From the NCBI GenBank assembly GCA_030141605.1, contig JAQGDQ010001302.1:1-48582 (forward strand): a stretch of 48,582 bases of DNA. Reading direction: 5' to 3'. Every line of letters begins with the position of its first letter. The first letter of the stretch is position 1. Of this stretch, positions 25,550 to 37,527 are shown one piece after another. Origin of the DNA: Tubiluchus corallicola (lineage: Eukaryota; Animalia; Priapulida). Under the pieces are notes generated by a model. The model searched no databases. It worked only from the letters and a program-made list of their open reading frames with translations, and was not told where the DNA came from. A program made the position numbers and the translations under genes.

Positions 25550-25728
25550 GTCCTACCTACTTTTTTACCTACCTACCTACCTACCTACCTACCTACGTAC
25601 CTACCGACCTACCTACCTACCTACCTACCTACCTACCTACCTACCTACCTACCTACCTACCTACCTACCTACCTACCTACCTATGTACTTACCTATCTAC
25701 CTACCTACCTGCCTACCTTACGTACCTA
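25550..25728. repeat. (CCTA)n microsatellite
   Basis: Read directly; it explains the LPTY-repeat ORFs. Confidence 0.95.
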
Positions 25729-25799
25729 GTAGTAAAAATAGTAAAAGTTTATTGTCACATAAAATATTAAATTTGCGGTGATAGCGATAATCAAATATG

Positions 25800-26915
25800 A
25801 TTATCCCAGGCACGTTACTTATCTCTTGACCCAGCTAATCACATACCAAATATTATCGCCCGAGCTCAAAAATCATGGGAGCAGATGGATCATAAAGAAA
25901 AATAAATGAAGACCCGCCCGTTCCGTGACCATTGACCCGGCAAATCCGGTCACATATATACATAGACAACTTTGACCAGGAGTGTACCCTGTGAGTTTTG
26001 TTCCTAGCTCTCACCATGTAAAAGGTCACCAATAGGGGGACCCCAAATTTTGCGTTTTTGTCCCTCTGTAAGGTTCTTACACATAGGTAAACTAGATCTT
26101 GCTGCAGTATAGTCTGTGGTAAGGGCTTTACACTGCTAAAGGCAAATGCGTCAGTGCAATCTAAACTACTGTGCAGTAATGGAAAGTAACGACGATTAAA
26201 ATCAAACATATTTACAACTATGCACACAAAAATGAAAAACTATGATTTAATTAATATGGCCGTGGATATATGAATTCTGAATTAGTGTGTATGTTGTCGT
26301 ACTGGTGTGATGGTATTTCATATCTGGTGTTTCTGATGGTATTTTAATATTAGCAATTTTAATTTTGTTTTAAATGCTGATAGGGACTTGATTTGTTTAA
26401 CCTGTAATGGTAAAGAATTCCAAAGTAGAATTGCTTGTTTGACTACAGAGTTCGTTCCATAGTGGGTATTTGTCCTAATTTGTTTTAGATTGCTTGTTCT
26501 GGAATTAACGATAGGATTTGGAAAAACGTGAAATCTGTTATTCTGAAATGGTTTGCTGATGTTGTTAATGTATTTAAATATAAAAAGCAGAGTAAAATAT
26601 ACTTTGTGTGCTTCAATTATTCGGAATTTTAAACAGGTTAGTTGTTGAAGCTTTGAATTTTTGTCTACCTGCCTTTTCTCCCTTGACCAGTGGTCAATGT
26701 TTGTCAAACTGTTGTACGTCCCCCACCCAGTGCTACCAACCCTGTGAGTTTGGTGATCCTAGCCTGCAAAGGCTTATGAGTTACTAAGCGTTAAAGTGGC
26801 GGAGAATAAATAAATAAATAATTAAATAATGCAAACTCAATGAAAAACAGTAAGATTTTGCCATAAAACACCCGTATGAAAACAGTAAGAGTTTCCTATG
26901 GCAAAATCTTAATAA
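25800..26915 (-). mobile_element. Second HINE-like non-autonomous element, interrupted by a LINE fragment
   Basis: The minus strand starts TTATTAAGATTTTGCCAT...ATGGCAAAATCTT (hairpin), followed by an AT microsatellite and a core shared with 23160-23215. The motif ACCCTGTGAGTTT recurs at ~25986 and ~26739. The left boundary is approximate. Confidence 0.4.
26080..26655 (-). mobile_element. 5'-truncated CR1/L2-like LINE 3' fragment
   Basis: RTNTHYGTNSVVKQAILLWNSLPLQVKQIKSLSAFKTKLK is the typical ORF2 C-terminus. An AT-rich 3' UTR follows, with a hairpin near 26103-26137. Confidence 0.7.
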
Positions 26916-26969
26916 ATAACTCAATGAAAAACAGTAAGATTTTGCTATAGCATTATGGCATTTTGGCAG

Positions 26970-29215
26970 TTTTGTGTGCTTAACAGTCGGCAGCTTGATG
27001 AGTGTTACAATATCGCAGTGATTGGAGTGTGCGTGGGTGTTTCACGTGATATTAGTCCAATACAAAGATATCCTTACTAAGCACACGAAAAAAGGTGTGA
27101 AACCTCCAAAGAAGCTTGATACATGCATGACCAGGGAAAGGAGAGATAAGCTCGAAAAGTTTTTTGAATTCAGCAAGGACTGGGAAGAATTTAAAATTCT
27201 CCTGCAATAAGCAGCAGGACACACCTTTGGCAAAAAGAAGAAAGCCTCTAACGACTGGTTCGATGAAGAGACGAAGAGATACAACAGCTGTTGAGAGACA
27301 AGACACTCAACAGGAAGGCTCTCAAAGACCGCATCCGAACTTGGTTCCAAAACAAGCGGAAGATGCAGAGCAGTTTACACAGGAAAGGAATCACCGAAAA
27401 TGCAACATTAAATGAAGTTCAAATTCCAAGATCCAGGAGTTCACATCCAGTACGGTCGAAAAATGGCATTCTTCTCACCTCCTCTGAGGAAATTAAAGAT
27501 AGATGGGTGGAACATTTCAGTGAACTGTTGAACCAACCTTCTGAAGTACATATAACCATTGTGGAAGAAATTGAACAGCATCCTATAGATGAATCATTAG
27601 ATGCACCAATCACGGAAGCTGAGTTGGATCAAGTGCTCAAGAACACCAGACTCGGTCAAAGTCCTGGTCCGGATGTTGTGTTACCTGAAGTTCTTGAACA
27701 CGGAGGTGCGCGCTTGAGAACTTTCCTGTTCACAATCATCACCTTATTCTGGACTTCAGAAGTTATCCCGTCTGACATGACTGATCCCAACATCATGAAT
27801 CTATTCAAAAAAGTGACAAAAGTCAGTGTGGCAATTATAGAGGTATATAGTTGTTGAAATGGTGTTAGCAGAGACCGAGAGCTTTCTACAGAGACCGAAA
27901 CGACTAGCTGAAATAGTATATCCTCAATCTCATTGTGGTTATCAAGATGGGAGAAGCACCATCGATGGTATTTTCACCCTCAGACAACTGATGGAAAAAT
28001 AAAGAGAACAATGAAGGAACAGCTACACTGCCTTTGTTGACTTCACCAAGGCGTTTGATATGATGAATCGGGATCTGCTCTACAAAATTTTGGGAAAGCT
28101 TGTTTGTCCCCCAAAGTTCATATGGATAATCAACAAGCTGTATTCAAATGTTTATGCTAGACTCATCGTTGGCAGCGAATTGACAGAACCTTTTGAACAC
28201 AATAGTGGCGTAAAAAAGGGTGTAGCACTTAACCTATATGGTATTTATGCTGCGGTTTTATTATGGCTTGCCTGCAAAACCATAGACCACCAATACGGCA
28301 TCAAAATCAGATTTAGATATGACAGTGACTTATTTGACCTCAGGAGACTCAAATGTAAGACCAAATTATTCACGGAATACATCAGAGAGGCACAGTATGC
28401 CGATGATGTAGCAATCTTCAGCTATTCCGCTATCGGTCTGCAGCTTTTGCTTAGAGCGGACAACGAAATGGCTAAAAAGATGGACCTCTCCATCAACATT
28501 ACTAAAACTGAAACCATCTGCATCGGACCTCTAGTCGAGTTTTTCATACACAGTGAAAAACTGAAGAATGTAAACCGTTTCAAGTACCTCGGTAGTTATG
28601 TAACCGAAGAAAAATATGCGATGAAAGAAGAGCTTACGTCACGCATCCAAGTAGTGTCCTGTGCAAATGGAAGACTACGAAGTAGAGTTTTCGACTCACA
28701 TGAACTCACCTAGTCAAAGAAAATCAAACTTTACAACCAGTGCCCGATGCCCTTACTAATTTACGGGTGCGAAACTTGGGCTCTTTATTATCACTAGGTC
28801 AGACAGCTTCGCACTATACAACAAAGTCACTTGACACGGATCTTGAAAATCAAATGGGATGATTACATTAGTAACGATGAAGTTTTAACTCTTGCAGGTG
28901 TTGAAGACATCGAAATCAAATTGGTAAGTAGAAGATCGCGCTGGCTGGGCCATGCTTCTAGAATGGATAATGAGAGACCAGTGAAAGCCCTTCTGTATGG
29001 GGAACTAACAGAAGGGACACGCCCCATTGGAGGCACTAAGCTAAGATACAAGGGTTCCTGTAAAAGCACTTTGAAATGTGGTGAAGTTCTGGATGAATGC
29101 AAAGTATCGTAGAAGATCGACTATCGTGGAGATAGCGATATCGTACAACAACAGCGAAACGTGTAACAAATTCAATGAGAAAAGAAAAAAGAAGAAGGCA
29201 GCACCTAAGGATAAT
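26970..29215 (+). mobile_element. Decayed, 5'-truncated RTE-clade LINE
   Basis: Broken ORF2 with WFDE, RWVEHFSELLN, AFVDFTKAFD, QYADD, FKYLGS, YGCETW and RWLGHASRM..R..KALLYGEL..G.RP.G..KLRYK motifs; many stops and frameshifts. Confidence 0.88.
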
Positions 29216-31210
29216 TAGTCAATTAGTGATTTTTTTCACAGTTAATGAACTCTATTATTCACTACTGTATATATTATTTTTAAATTGTGTTTATATTTTG
29301 ATCTGTTTTTCATCGAATGTGTTCCGACGTTTCTGGCTAAGGCGTCGTATATATAAAGATTTTCAAATTTCGTGATGCTCTTACATGGAACATGCCATCT
29401 GTTGTTCGGTTACATCCTAACTGTGATGTAAGCATTACTATTTACTGTTAGCCTCTGCTCAATCTGGCAACTATGAAACTTCTGTGCTGTTTTAAATAAT
29501 ATAATAAGTTTATTTAGACTAAATTTGCGCTGTTTATGTGTTTCCTGTTAGTGATTTCTCTCTACCTGGCACTGGCTTGTCTAGAATCTAGCACGATTTG
29601 AACTGGAGGGGATAAAACTTTTAGCACATTGCAGTGCTTTTCACTGTAGGCGCAGGTTTAACTGCCAATCGTCAAACTTTTTACATTTACTTCTGCAAAC
29701 ATGCTACGAGAATAAAAGCGCGTATTGATAGAATCTATTGCGAAAACTAGATCCATAAACATCACGTGGCACATGCGCCACCCAAACGAAAAAGCACCAT
29801 TTGAAAGCAATATCAACTGTAAGCCTTGAAACAATGTTGCTTACACAAGATTATTACGATGACAAAGTATTTAATTATTGTGGAAGATGCAGTCTGCTAA
29901 AATTTGCAGTATTTACTTTTATAGAGCATTACTTCAATGACATCCCACTAAAAGAATGCACCAAACGTAGGAAACGTAAGCACCTCGTAGTGAGTAGCAC
30001 ACCGACAGCAGAACCAAAGTAGATAAGTAACCATATCTATTAGCTCACAATTCTTAGAAAGACTTACTGCAGCTACACGCATATGCTGACAAACAACATG
30101 TTACTAACATACAATGTGCTTAATTACAAAATAACCTCTGATTCGAAGACATTCACTAGGCAAAGAGCAACTGTCGTTTTTTCTGGACAACATACAATTA
30201 TTGCTTTGTGTTGAGTCGTTTAAACTAATTGCTTTGTCTTCTTGTGTGTAAGTTAAATCCATGCTTGTTTTTGTCAGTGATTATTTTTTAATTGAACTAC
30301 GTATGTCACTACGTATGTACATGTGGTTTCGAAAATAAATGATGTTAATGATAAAAATTATTGTTGTTACTGTGGTGAGTTAATTTATGGTCTTCTTGAC
30401 AGCAACTGAGCATCTACTGCACTGAGCAAAGATGATGAGTTCTGTTACATCTCTTTTACTGCAGGATGGCACTTTTGATTTCAACCACACACAGTTTCTT
30501 TCTTAGTCTCAGAAATGAGTGAGAGTCAAATAAGAAAACGGTGCCAACGATAAGCAAACTAGCAACTAGTTATCAGCAGCAAACCAGATATGTACATTAG
30601 ATTTGTCATTGAAATATGAAATATAACATGCGATAAATCGGTATTAGATCCTCTCAGAAGAATGTACGAATTATAGATTATTTGCTGGTGATGGAACGTA
30701 AGTGAGTAAAGTTTTTAATGCTAGCATATCTCATATATTGTCAAGTGATTTAGTAAAAGGTTTAAGCCGCAGATATTTACTAAAGAAAGTTTATTACCGC
30801 TGTGCACAAATTATATTTAAGTGTGCGCTTAAGCTTGGTGATATGACTGCAAGTACCTTCAACATCTAACCAAAAAAAAACGAAAAGTTACTTCACGCGC
30901 TCATTATTTTTGACTTATGACATGAAATATTTCAGGGAAGCACAATATGCTATTAAGAGTTTTGTGCAACTTTAACTGAATAAAAGAATGAAATTAAGTT
31001 TGACCTTCGGTGGCAACCGTCACCATCATTATCTTTTCAATAATCTCACAATGCAGTACGATATTTCTCATCAGAGAGCGCACCATTTGCGAAAACTCAA
31101 AGTGTGCGATTTAGGAAACATATGCCGACAAGCAAAAGCCAATTTTAGAGCTTGTGAAGGGAGGGAGTTTATTTATCTTCTACAATGACTAACTGCTTAG
31201 TTAAATAGTA

Positions 31211-32257
31211 ATGCGCAGAAAGGCATCAGTTTGCAAAAAGCAGCAAAGATTTGTCATATTTTCCTGCTTTTGTATGTTTGTCTTGTTCCATTGTGGAATT
31301 GCGCATTTGAGATCGACTAAGCATAACAAGTGGAAAAAAGAAAATGAATTGTTTAAGTTGGAAATCGTTGTATTGACTTACAATAGACCAGTGTCATTGC
31401 TGAGGCTTCTAAAATCACTTAATTCAAGTCACTACAGTGAGGATGAAGTTGGGTTAAAGATTTGTGTAGACAGAAGTGCAAATGACAGTTCAATATCAGC
31501 GACTACACTAAACATCATTAACTCATTTGTATGGACCTACGGTAGAAAGGATGTTGTTGTCCACCCTGTACACTATGGACCATACTTGCAATGGTATGAC
31601 TGTTGGAAACCGTCTGGAAGGAAAGGAGAATTTGGGCTGATTCTGGAAGACGATCTGGAAGTTTCCCCTCACTATTATACATGGCTTAAAGCTGCATTAT
31701 TACAGTATCATCAAAAATCTGATATTGGAGGCATAACTCTGCAAAGAGGAACCTTGATTTCAACAACAGGAAAACACAGAAATCCTCTGTGTAAAGATTG
31801 TTATAAAACAGACGTGTTTCTATATCATCAGATAGGCACTTGGGGATTTGCACCTATTCCAGAAATATGGCATCAGTTTCGTAATTGGGTGTTTCATGCA
31901 ATGAAGGATGAAAGTTTTATTCCGATAATTCCAGGACAAAGATTAATCACAAATGCCTGGATACGGAAACGTCATTTAAAGATGAGATCGATGCCTTCAT
32001 CCTATATTATGTATTATTTTGCAGTAAACAACTTGTATACACTGTACGCTAATTTACCTGACAACAAAACATTAGCTTGTAACAGAAGAGAAGTGGGAAT
32101 GAATTATCAAAGAGGTACTAAAGAAGCAGTTGGTGAATGTGATTTTGAACCTCTGTTAGTGTGGAATGTCTCCTTTGCAAATTTACCAGAAAAACCAACA
32201 AGGCTTGATTGGGATGCAGTAAGAACGCCAGAATCTTTTAATAAAATGACTAAATAA
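31211..32257 (+). CDS. Intronless GT-A fold glycosyltransferase (EDD motif), type II membrane protein
   Basis: 348-aa ORF with a basic N-tail and TM; IVVLTYNRPVSLLRLLKSL, LKICVD, LILEDDLEVSPHYYTWLK, GITLQR and FLYHQIGTWGF motifs. Confidence 0.85.
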   Translation: MRRKASVCKKQQRFVIFSCFCMFVLFHCGIAHLRSTKHNKWKKENELFKLEIVVLTYNRPVSLLRLLKSLNSSHYSEDEVGLKICVDRSANDSSISATTLNIINSFVWTYGRKDVVVHPVHYGPYLQWYDCWKPSGRKGEFGLILEDDLEVSPHYYTWLKAALLQYHQKSDIGGITLQRGTLISTTGKHRNPLCKDCYKTDVFLYHQIGTWGFAPIPEIWHQFRNWVFHAMKDESFIPIIPGQRLITNAWIRKRHLKMRSMPSSYIMYYFAVNNLYTLYANLPDNKTLACNRREVGMNYQRGTKEAVGECDFEPLLVWNVSFANLPEKPTRLDWDAVRTPESFNKMTK

Positions 32258-32449
32258 CGCTAATATTTTAGTCAGATGAGATTTATTCATACATTACAAG
32301 TAGTATAATTACATACTGCCCCGCTTAGTAGCAAAGGCCTATTATAGTTACTAGAATGAGAGCATTTATACAATATAGGAATTTTGCACGCTATTAACTT
32401 TACCTACATTGAATTTACATAGAAATTAAGAAAGTATTGAATAGAAAGT

Positions 32450-33600
32450 AGTCTACAGCAGCAAAAGCTGTTTTCTACAACCCGTTTCTATCGTCATTGA
32501 GGAAAACGATGAATATCCCAAGTTATATACACATCAATCATACCATGCTCTTTTTTCTGTAAGCATTTAAATAATATTAGAGTGCCATATTTACTGTAAT
32601 TGATGGAGTAAGCAAACGTTTGCACGTAAAGCAAGAATTTACCCGGAATTAGAAGTAAGACAACAAAACACAGCTAAGAATACTGTATTTCCAAAAGACG
32701 AGAAATATTTGCAATTAATAAACAAAGTGATTCAAAATTCAGGTTGAAAAGCAACCTCGTGACCACTGGATATGGAATTTTTTCGCATATTTCTACCTGC
32801 CAAAAAAGTGAACACACTTCGTGAAACAAACACGCTATTGGACATGCAGGACGAGATCGTACGATGAAGGATCTCTCAAGTAGATACAACTAAATCATTC
32901 CCCAAAATGTTGAATTATTCATTATGCTATTCTGCATTATTCATTCATTTATTCATTCAGTGTGAACCGTGTCAACAGAAGCAAAAAGGTTACAAGAAAC
33001 TAGTTGCTGTCAAGCCTTTGCTTTGCTCTGAATTCAATTCTAGTTGTCAAGATTACTTGATCGATTATCAAACACGTCCAGATGGAGATTATTAATTTAT
33101 TCTTATCTATCAAGATCATCTAACAAAGTTCGTGATCTGAGGCCTCTCAAAACAAAAAGAGCAGAAAAAGTAACTTACAGTTTGCTTGACACTTTTACGC
33201 TTATCGGAGCACCAGCTATTTTACCATTTGACAACGAAAGAGAATTTGCTACCAGAAAATTTAGAAGCCTCAAGGATTACTGCATTCAACTGCAAATTGT
33301 GCATTGAAAGCTGTCTTATAGTCAAAATCAAGGCAGTGTCGAAAGATTAAATCAAGATGTGGATACAAATCAAGATACAAAACACACTCAGTGGAACGAT
33401 GGGTTGCGGTTTATCCACTTTATTAAGGACAGGTCTTACCATTCTGGTCTTAAGTGGTCTCCATACGATGCATTATTTGGTTCTTAACAAAGAAAGTTTT
33501 ACAGAACATTGAAAATCAGGATCAGTTAGACAAATAGGTCAATAGAAGAATATTTAAAGCTGATCAGTAAGCTAAAACTGTTGACCGAGAATATCGGGAC
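32450..33600 (+). mobile_element. Decayed Ginger-like (KRBA2/SCAND3-type) DDE integrase/transposase, N-terminal and core part
   Basis: Across frames: AIGHAGRDRTMKDLSSRY, CEPCQQK...VKPL...EFNS, LIDYQ..PDGDY*FILIYQDHLTKF, LRPLKTKRAE, IGAPAIL..DN.REF, SQNQGSVER.NQDV, SPYDALFG. Confidence 0.85.
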
Positions 33601-35299
33601 AGTGTAAACAAACCAAAATGCAATCACGGAAGACCAGAATGTAGACCAGGAAGCTAAGAATGCAAATCAGGAGGCTGTACAGGAAGATCGCAAAGTTGGA
33701 AATCTTAGCAGGAAACTGAGAACGTATATACTGTGGTGCAAAAATAAAGAGCAGTAACTTCAGTTTTATCAAGATTGAGATTTTGATGCATTCTTATCAA
33801 ACAGATGCGTTCTTCCTTTTTATCCAGTAGTTTTTGCACAATAAATCATGTCCGGTGAGAAGGTTTTGCAAAAATGTACACTATTACAGAATCAAAAAGC
33901 AATAACTGCTCAGGGGTCTGCACAAAAACAGAATTAGCAATTACTGCTCCCTTTTTCCAGTTTATGTATTCCAAGGTTCCTTACTATACAGAAATAAAAA
34001 AACAGTACCTTTACAACCAGTCTTGCAGCTACTCTATCTGTTTCCCTTAAGCCAGCATGCCTTTACTTCTTGTATGAGTTGTATAATCACAAAAAACAGA
34101 TCAAAAGTTTATTAGAACATGACTTAGAACAATGGGATTAATGATTCAATTTGGACAAGACTTCATACCCGTGCACTCCAAGCATGGCAGTCTGTAAAAA
34201 GAAAACTTTTCGTGGAATCTCCCGAGGTTCAGATAGCATAATGGCTACCACCGCCAAGAAGGGTAATTACAGGTTTGACCTTGCAATTGTCTAATTTTGC
34301 AGTGAAAATCACTAGTACTGATCTACAAAATTGGACCAAATATGAGCAAGGAGCTAGGCCCTCTTTTAATTTAGGTTTTTGTTAATTGCTAAAGGTTTTT
34401 GTAGTTGCTCTTTTTTCTTACGAATCTGTATTCCGTTATACTTATCTATTTGTCTCGGTAATCAGTTATGCTTGTAGCCCCATTCTATTGACATTCTCTC
34501 TTGTGATACGTGTAATCCATGACTAAACCTTACCCTTATTGTCGCAAGTAGAAGCCTGTCAGTTCTGAATGTATTTGTGTGTGAAAAACAACGTGAATGT
34601 ATTTTAGCTCTGCCCACTATATATTCTGAAATAGTAATATGTAGTGAAGTTTGGATAATAAAATTTAAGGTTCCTTTAAATTTACTGCTGTGCTGTACAT
34701 TTAACTGTTGCTGGATTCATTTGCTATTTCTGTGCCTATCATGAGAAAATGACAAATAAAATTAAATACTCAAATTTTAACAAAGGCCATTTAAATTTGG
34801 TACAAGTTACAGAGTGGCTGTTTCGCGAGTGTGTGTTCTTTATTGTGTGTGATTATTTATTGACAAAGGTATAGTACATGAGTATGCAGTTTACAAATAC
34901 AATATTTAGATGACAATTGTGACCGCAGCAATACAAGCTCATTTGGTTTTAATTGTGCACAAAGTTTTTGGCCATTTTTGAATCGCACTTGATGATGTTA
35001 TGCCAAAAGTTTAATTCTTCACAAATTTTCATTATAAATTTTAATTAACACTTTACTTTACCTAACACAGTTCAGTATCAAACGAATTGTAATCGGCAAT
35101 ATTAAATCTTTTATTGTTGCTAGAGAGCTAAACAGCAGTATCTTCATATACATTTCTGGCTATCTTCAATTTAGACTTCAAATTTAAATGCAGATACTGC
35201 TGTTTGGGTTTACAGCAAAAGTAAGAATGTGAAACTGCTGAACACCTTGCTGTAACATCAGCACAATGATCTACTACTCAATAATCGCCATCCATTGAT

Positions 35300-35675
35300 T
35301 TAACTTGCTGTGTATGTACTACAAGTGGCGCAAATCAGTGTCCAGAATGTAATTGCTACATCCATATTATTTCCGCGCAATGCCGCACAATTCCACCGGA
35401 AGTGGGAGAAGGCTATGGTGGACCCGTTCTATACACATTATGTGTTAGTAAAATGTATGCTTCCAGCAAACGATAAGATGCTAGCCGAAATTTGAAATAT
35501 CAAAATAAGAAAATGAAAGGGTTATCAGATAAAAAGTTCCCGTCTATTAAAACAGGACTGACAGTTCCAGTTCATATCCTTGACGTTGCTAGAGGCGTTG
35601 AGGACAAACGTAGTTCTTAACTAAACGCAAGGTCCGAGTTTACTGCATGTAAGATGTCTCTAGTGGCAGTAGAAG
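35300..35675 (+). mobile_element. C-terminal part of the Ginger-like transposase
   Basis: One frame reads CCVCTTSGANQCPECNCYIH...GEGYGGPVLYTLC...KR*DASRNLKYQNKKMKGLSDKKFPSIKTGLTVPVHILDVARGVEDKRS, matching the conserved Cys-rich and KFP...V..PDVDRG..D.R tail of this family. Confidence 0.7.
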
Positions 35676-36397
35676 ATGTTGCTAGAGGCGTTGAGGACAA
35701 ACGTAGTTCTTAACTAAACGCAAGGTCCGAGTTTACTGCATGTAAGATGTCTCTAGTGGCAGTAGAAGATGTTGCTAGAGGCGTTGAGGACAAACGGAGT
35801 TCTTAACTAAACGCAAGGTCCGAGTTTACTGCATGTAAGATGTCTCTAGTGGCACTAGAAGATGTTGCTAGAGGCGTTGAGGACAAACGTAGTTCTGAAC
35901 TAAACGCAAGGTCCGAGTTTACTGCATGTAAGATGTCCCTAGTGGCAGTAGAAGATGTTGCTAGAGGCGTTGAGGACAAACGGAGTTCTTAACTAAACGC
36001 AAGGTCCGAGTTTACTGCATGTAAGATGTCTCTAGTGGCAGTAGAAGATGTTGCTAGAGGCGTTGAGGATAAACGGAGTTCTTAACTAAACGCAAGGTCC
36101 GAGTTTACTGCATGTAAGATGTCTCTAGTGGCAGTAGAAGATGTTGCTAGGGGCGTTGAGGACAAACGGAGTTCTGAACTAAACGCAAGGTCCGAGTTTA
36201 CTGCATGTAAGATGTCTCTAGTGGCAGTAGAAGATGTTGCTAGAGGCGTTGAGGACAAACGTAGTTCTGAACTAAACGCAAGGTCCGAGTTTACTGCATG
36301 TAAGATGTCTCTAGTGGCAGTAGAAGATGTTGCTAGAGGCGTTGAGGACAAACGTAGTTCTGAACTAAACGCAAGGTCCGAGTTTACTGCATGTAAG
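35582..36397 (+). repeat. 93-bp tandem array, about 8.8 copies
   Basis: The unit GAYGTTGCTAGAGGCGTTGAGGACAAACGKAGTTCTKAACTAAACGCAAGGTCCGAGTTTACTGCATGTAAGATGTCTCTAGTGGCAGTAGAA repeats head to tail with only point differences and no spacers. Confidence 0.97.
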
Positions 36398-36763
36398 TTG
36401 AGGCTATTGTGTCATTGATTAGACCTTAATTGGTCTATTCACCTGTCAACAAAAACATTCAGGTAGATAGCAACGCAAACTGGTCCTATAATGGGAGAAA
36501 GGAAAAGCTGCGCTCTATGTAGATATGAGGATACATATATTTGGATACGTTGCATGCTGCAGATGAGTGAGAACATTTCTTTTATTGTTTTTACAAAGTA
36601 CTTTTGCTAATTTTTGCTTTTGAAAACTTTGAACGTATAATAGACTGGTTACCATTTGCAACGTATTTCCCATATACCTGCATATACTAAGGTCACGCTG
36701 AAATAATATAGAAATAGACTGGTTCACTTCCCCTATTTCTGATACCTGCATTATTTGTTGAAT

Positions 36764-37527
36764 ATGTCTGACAAACCGAAGAGTATCGATGAGCTGTGTG
36801 CATGTGACCGTAAGAAGCTGAAAGCCATTACGAAGGACGATATGATAGAAATCATACTGGCTGCCCCCCCCCCCCTTCGGCCGCTTCTGGTGGTGCCGAT
36901 TCAGCTGTGTTGAAACGCCTGGATGAACTATCTAATAATATTAACACTAAATTTCATAATCTGGAGGAAAAATTGTCCCAAAAGATTGAAGACAAACATT
37001 CTGAATTAAAGTCTGAAGTGAATGTCTTGCGTCAAGTTGTTAAAAATCAACAACGGTTTTTGGAGCAGGTTGACGGTCGTCTCCGAAACCAGAACATAAT
37101 TATGATGGGCTTAAGTGAAAATGAGGATATCGATGGTGCTAATTCCGACGATGATAAGATAAGGAAAATTCTTGATGTAGTGGATGTGGAAGCTGCTGTC
37201 GTCTCATACAAGAGACTCGGTACAGCTACGAATGGCCGTGATCATCCTGTGTTGGTTATTGTTGAAAATCATGACCAAAGGGACAATGTCGTGAAGAATG
37301 CTAATAAGCTTCAATCGTCTGCCAATGCTGCTGTGAAAAAAGTCAGAGTGAAGCGAGACACCCACCCTGCAGTTCGTGCCGAATGGAAGCGGCTATTTGA
37401 CGCTGAGAAGTGCGAACGTGACAAACCTGAAAACCGGGGATGCCATATTGAGTTTGACAAGAAAAAGCGTGAGATCACCCGGGACGGTGTTGTTATTGAT
37501 AGTTGGCAACCAATGTCTTTTTTGTAA
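36764..37527 (+). CDS. LINE ORF1p (coiled coil + RRM-like), frameshift in a C12 run
   Basis: ATG 36764 (MSDKPKSIDELC...) is out of frame with 36907-37527 only across the C12 tract at 36864-36875. RNQNIIMMGLSE, YKRLG...HPVLV and VKRDTHPAVRAEWKRL follow. Confidence 0.75.

Noticed and set aside
25401-25781. LPTY-repeat protein ORFs
   Set aside because: They are translations of the (CCTA)n microsatellite.
35582-36397. CRISPR array or repeat-protein gene
   Set aside because: Units are contiguous with no unique spacers, there are no cas genes, the context is eukaryotic, and five units contain in-frame stops.
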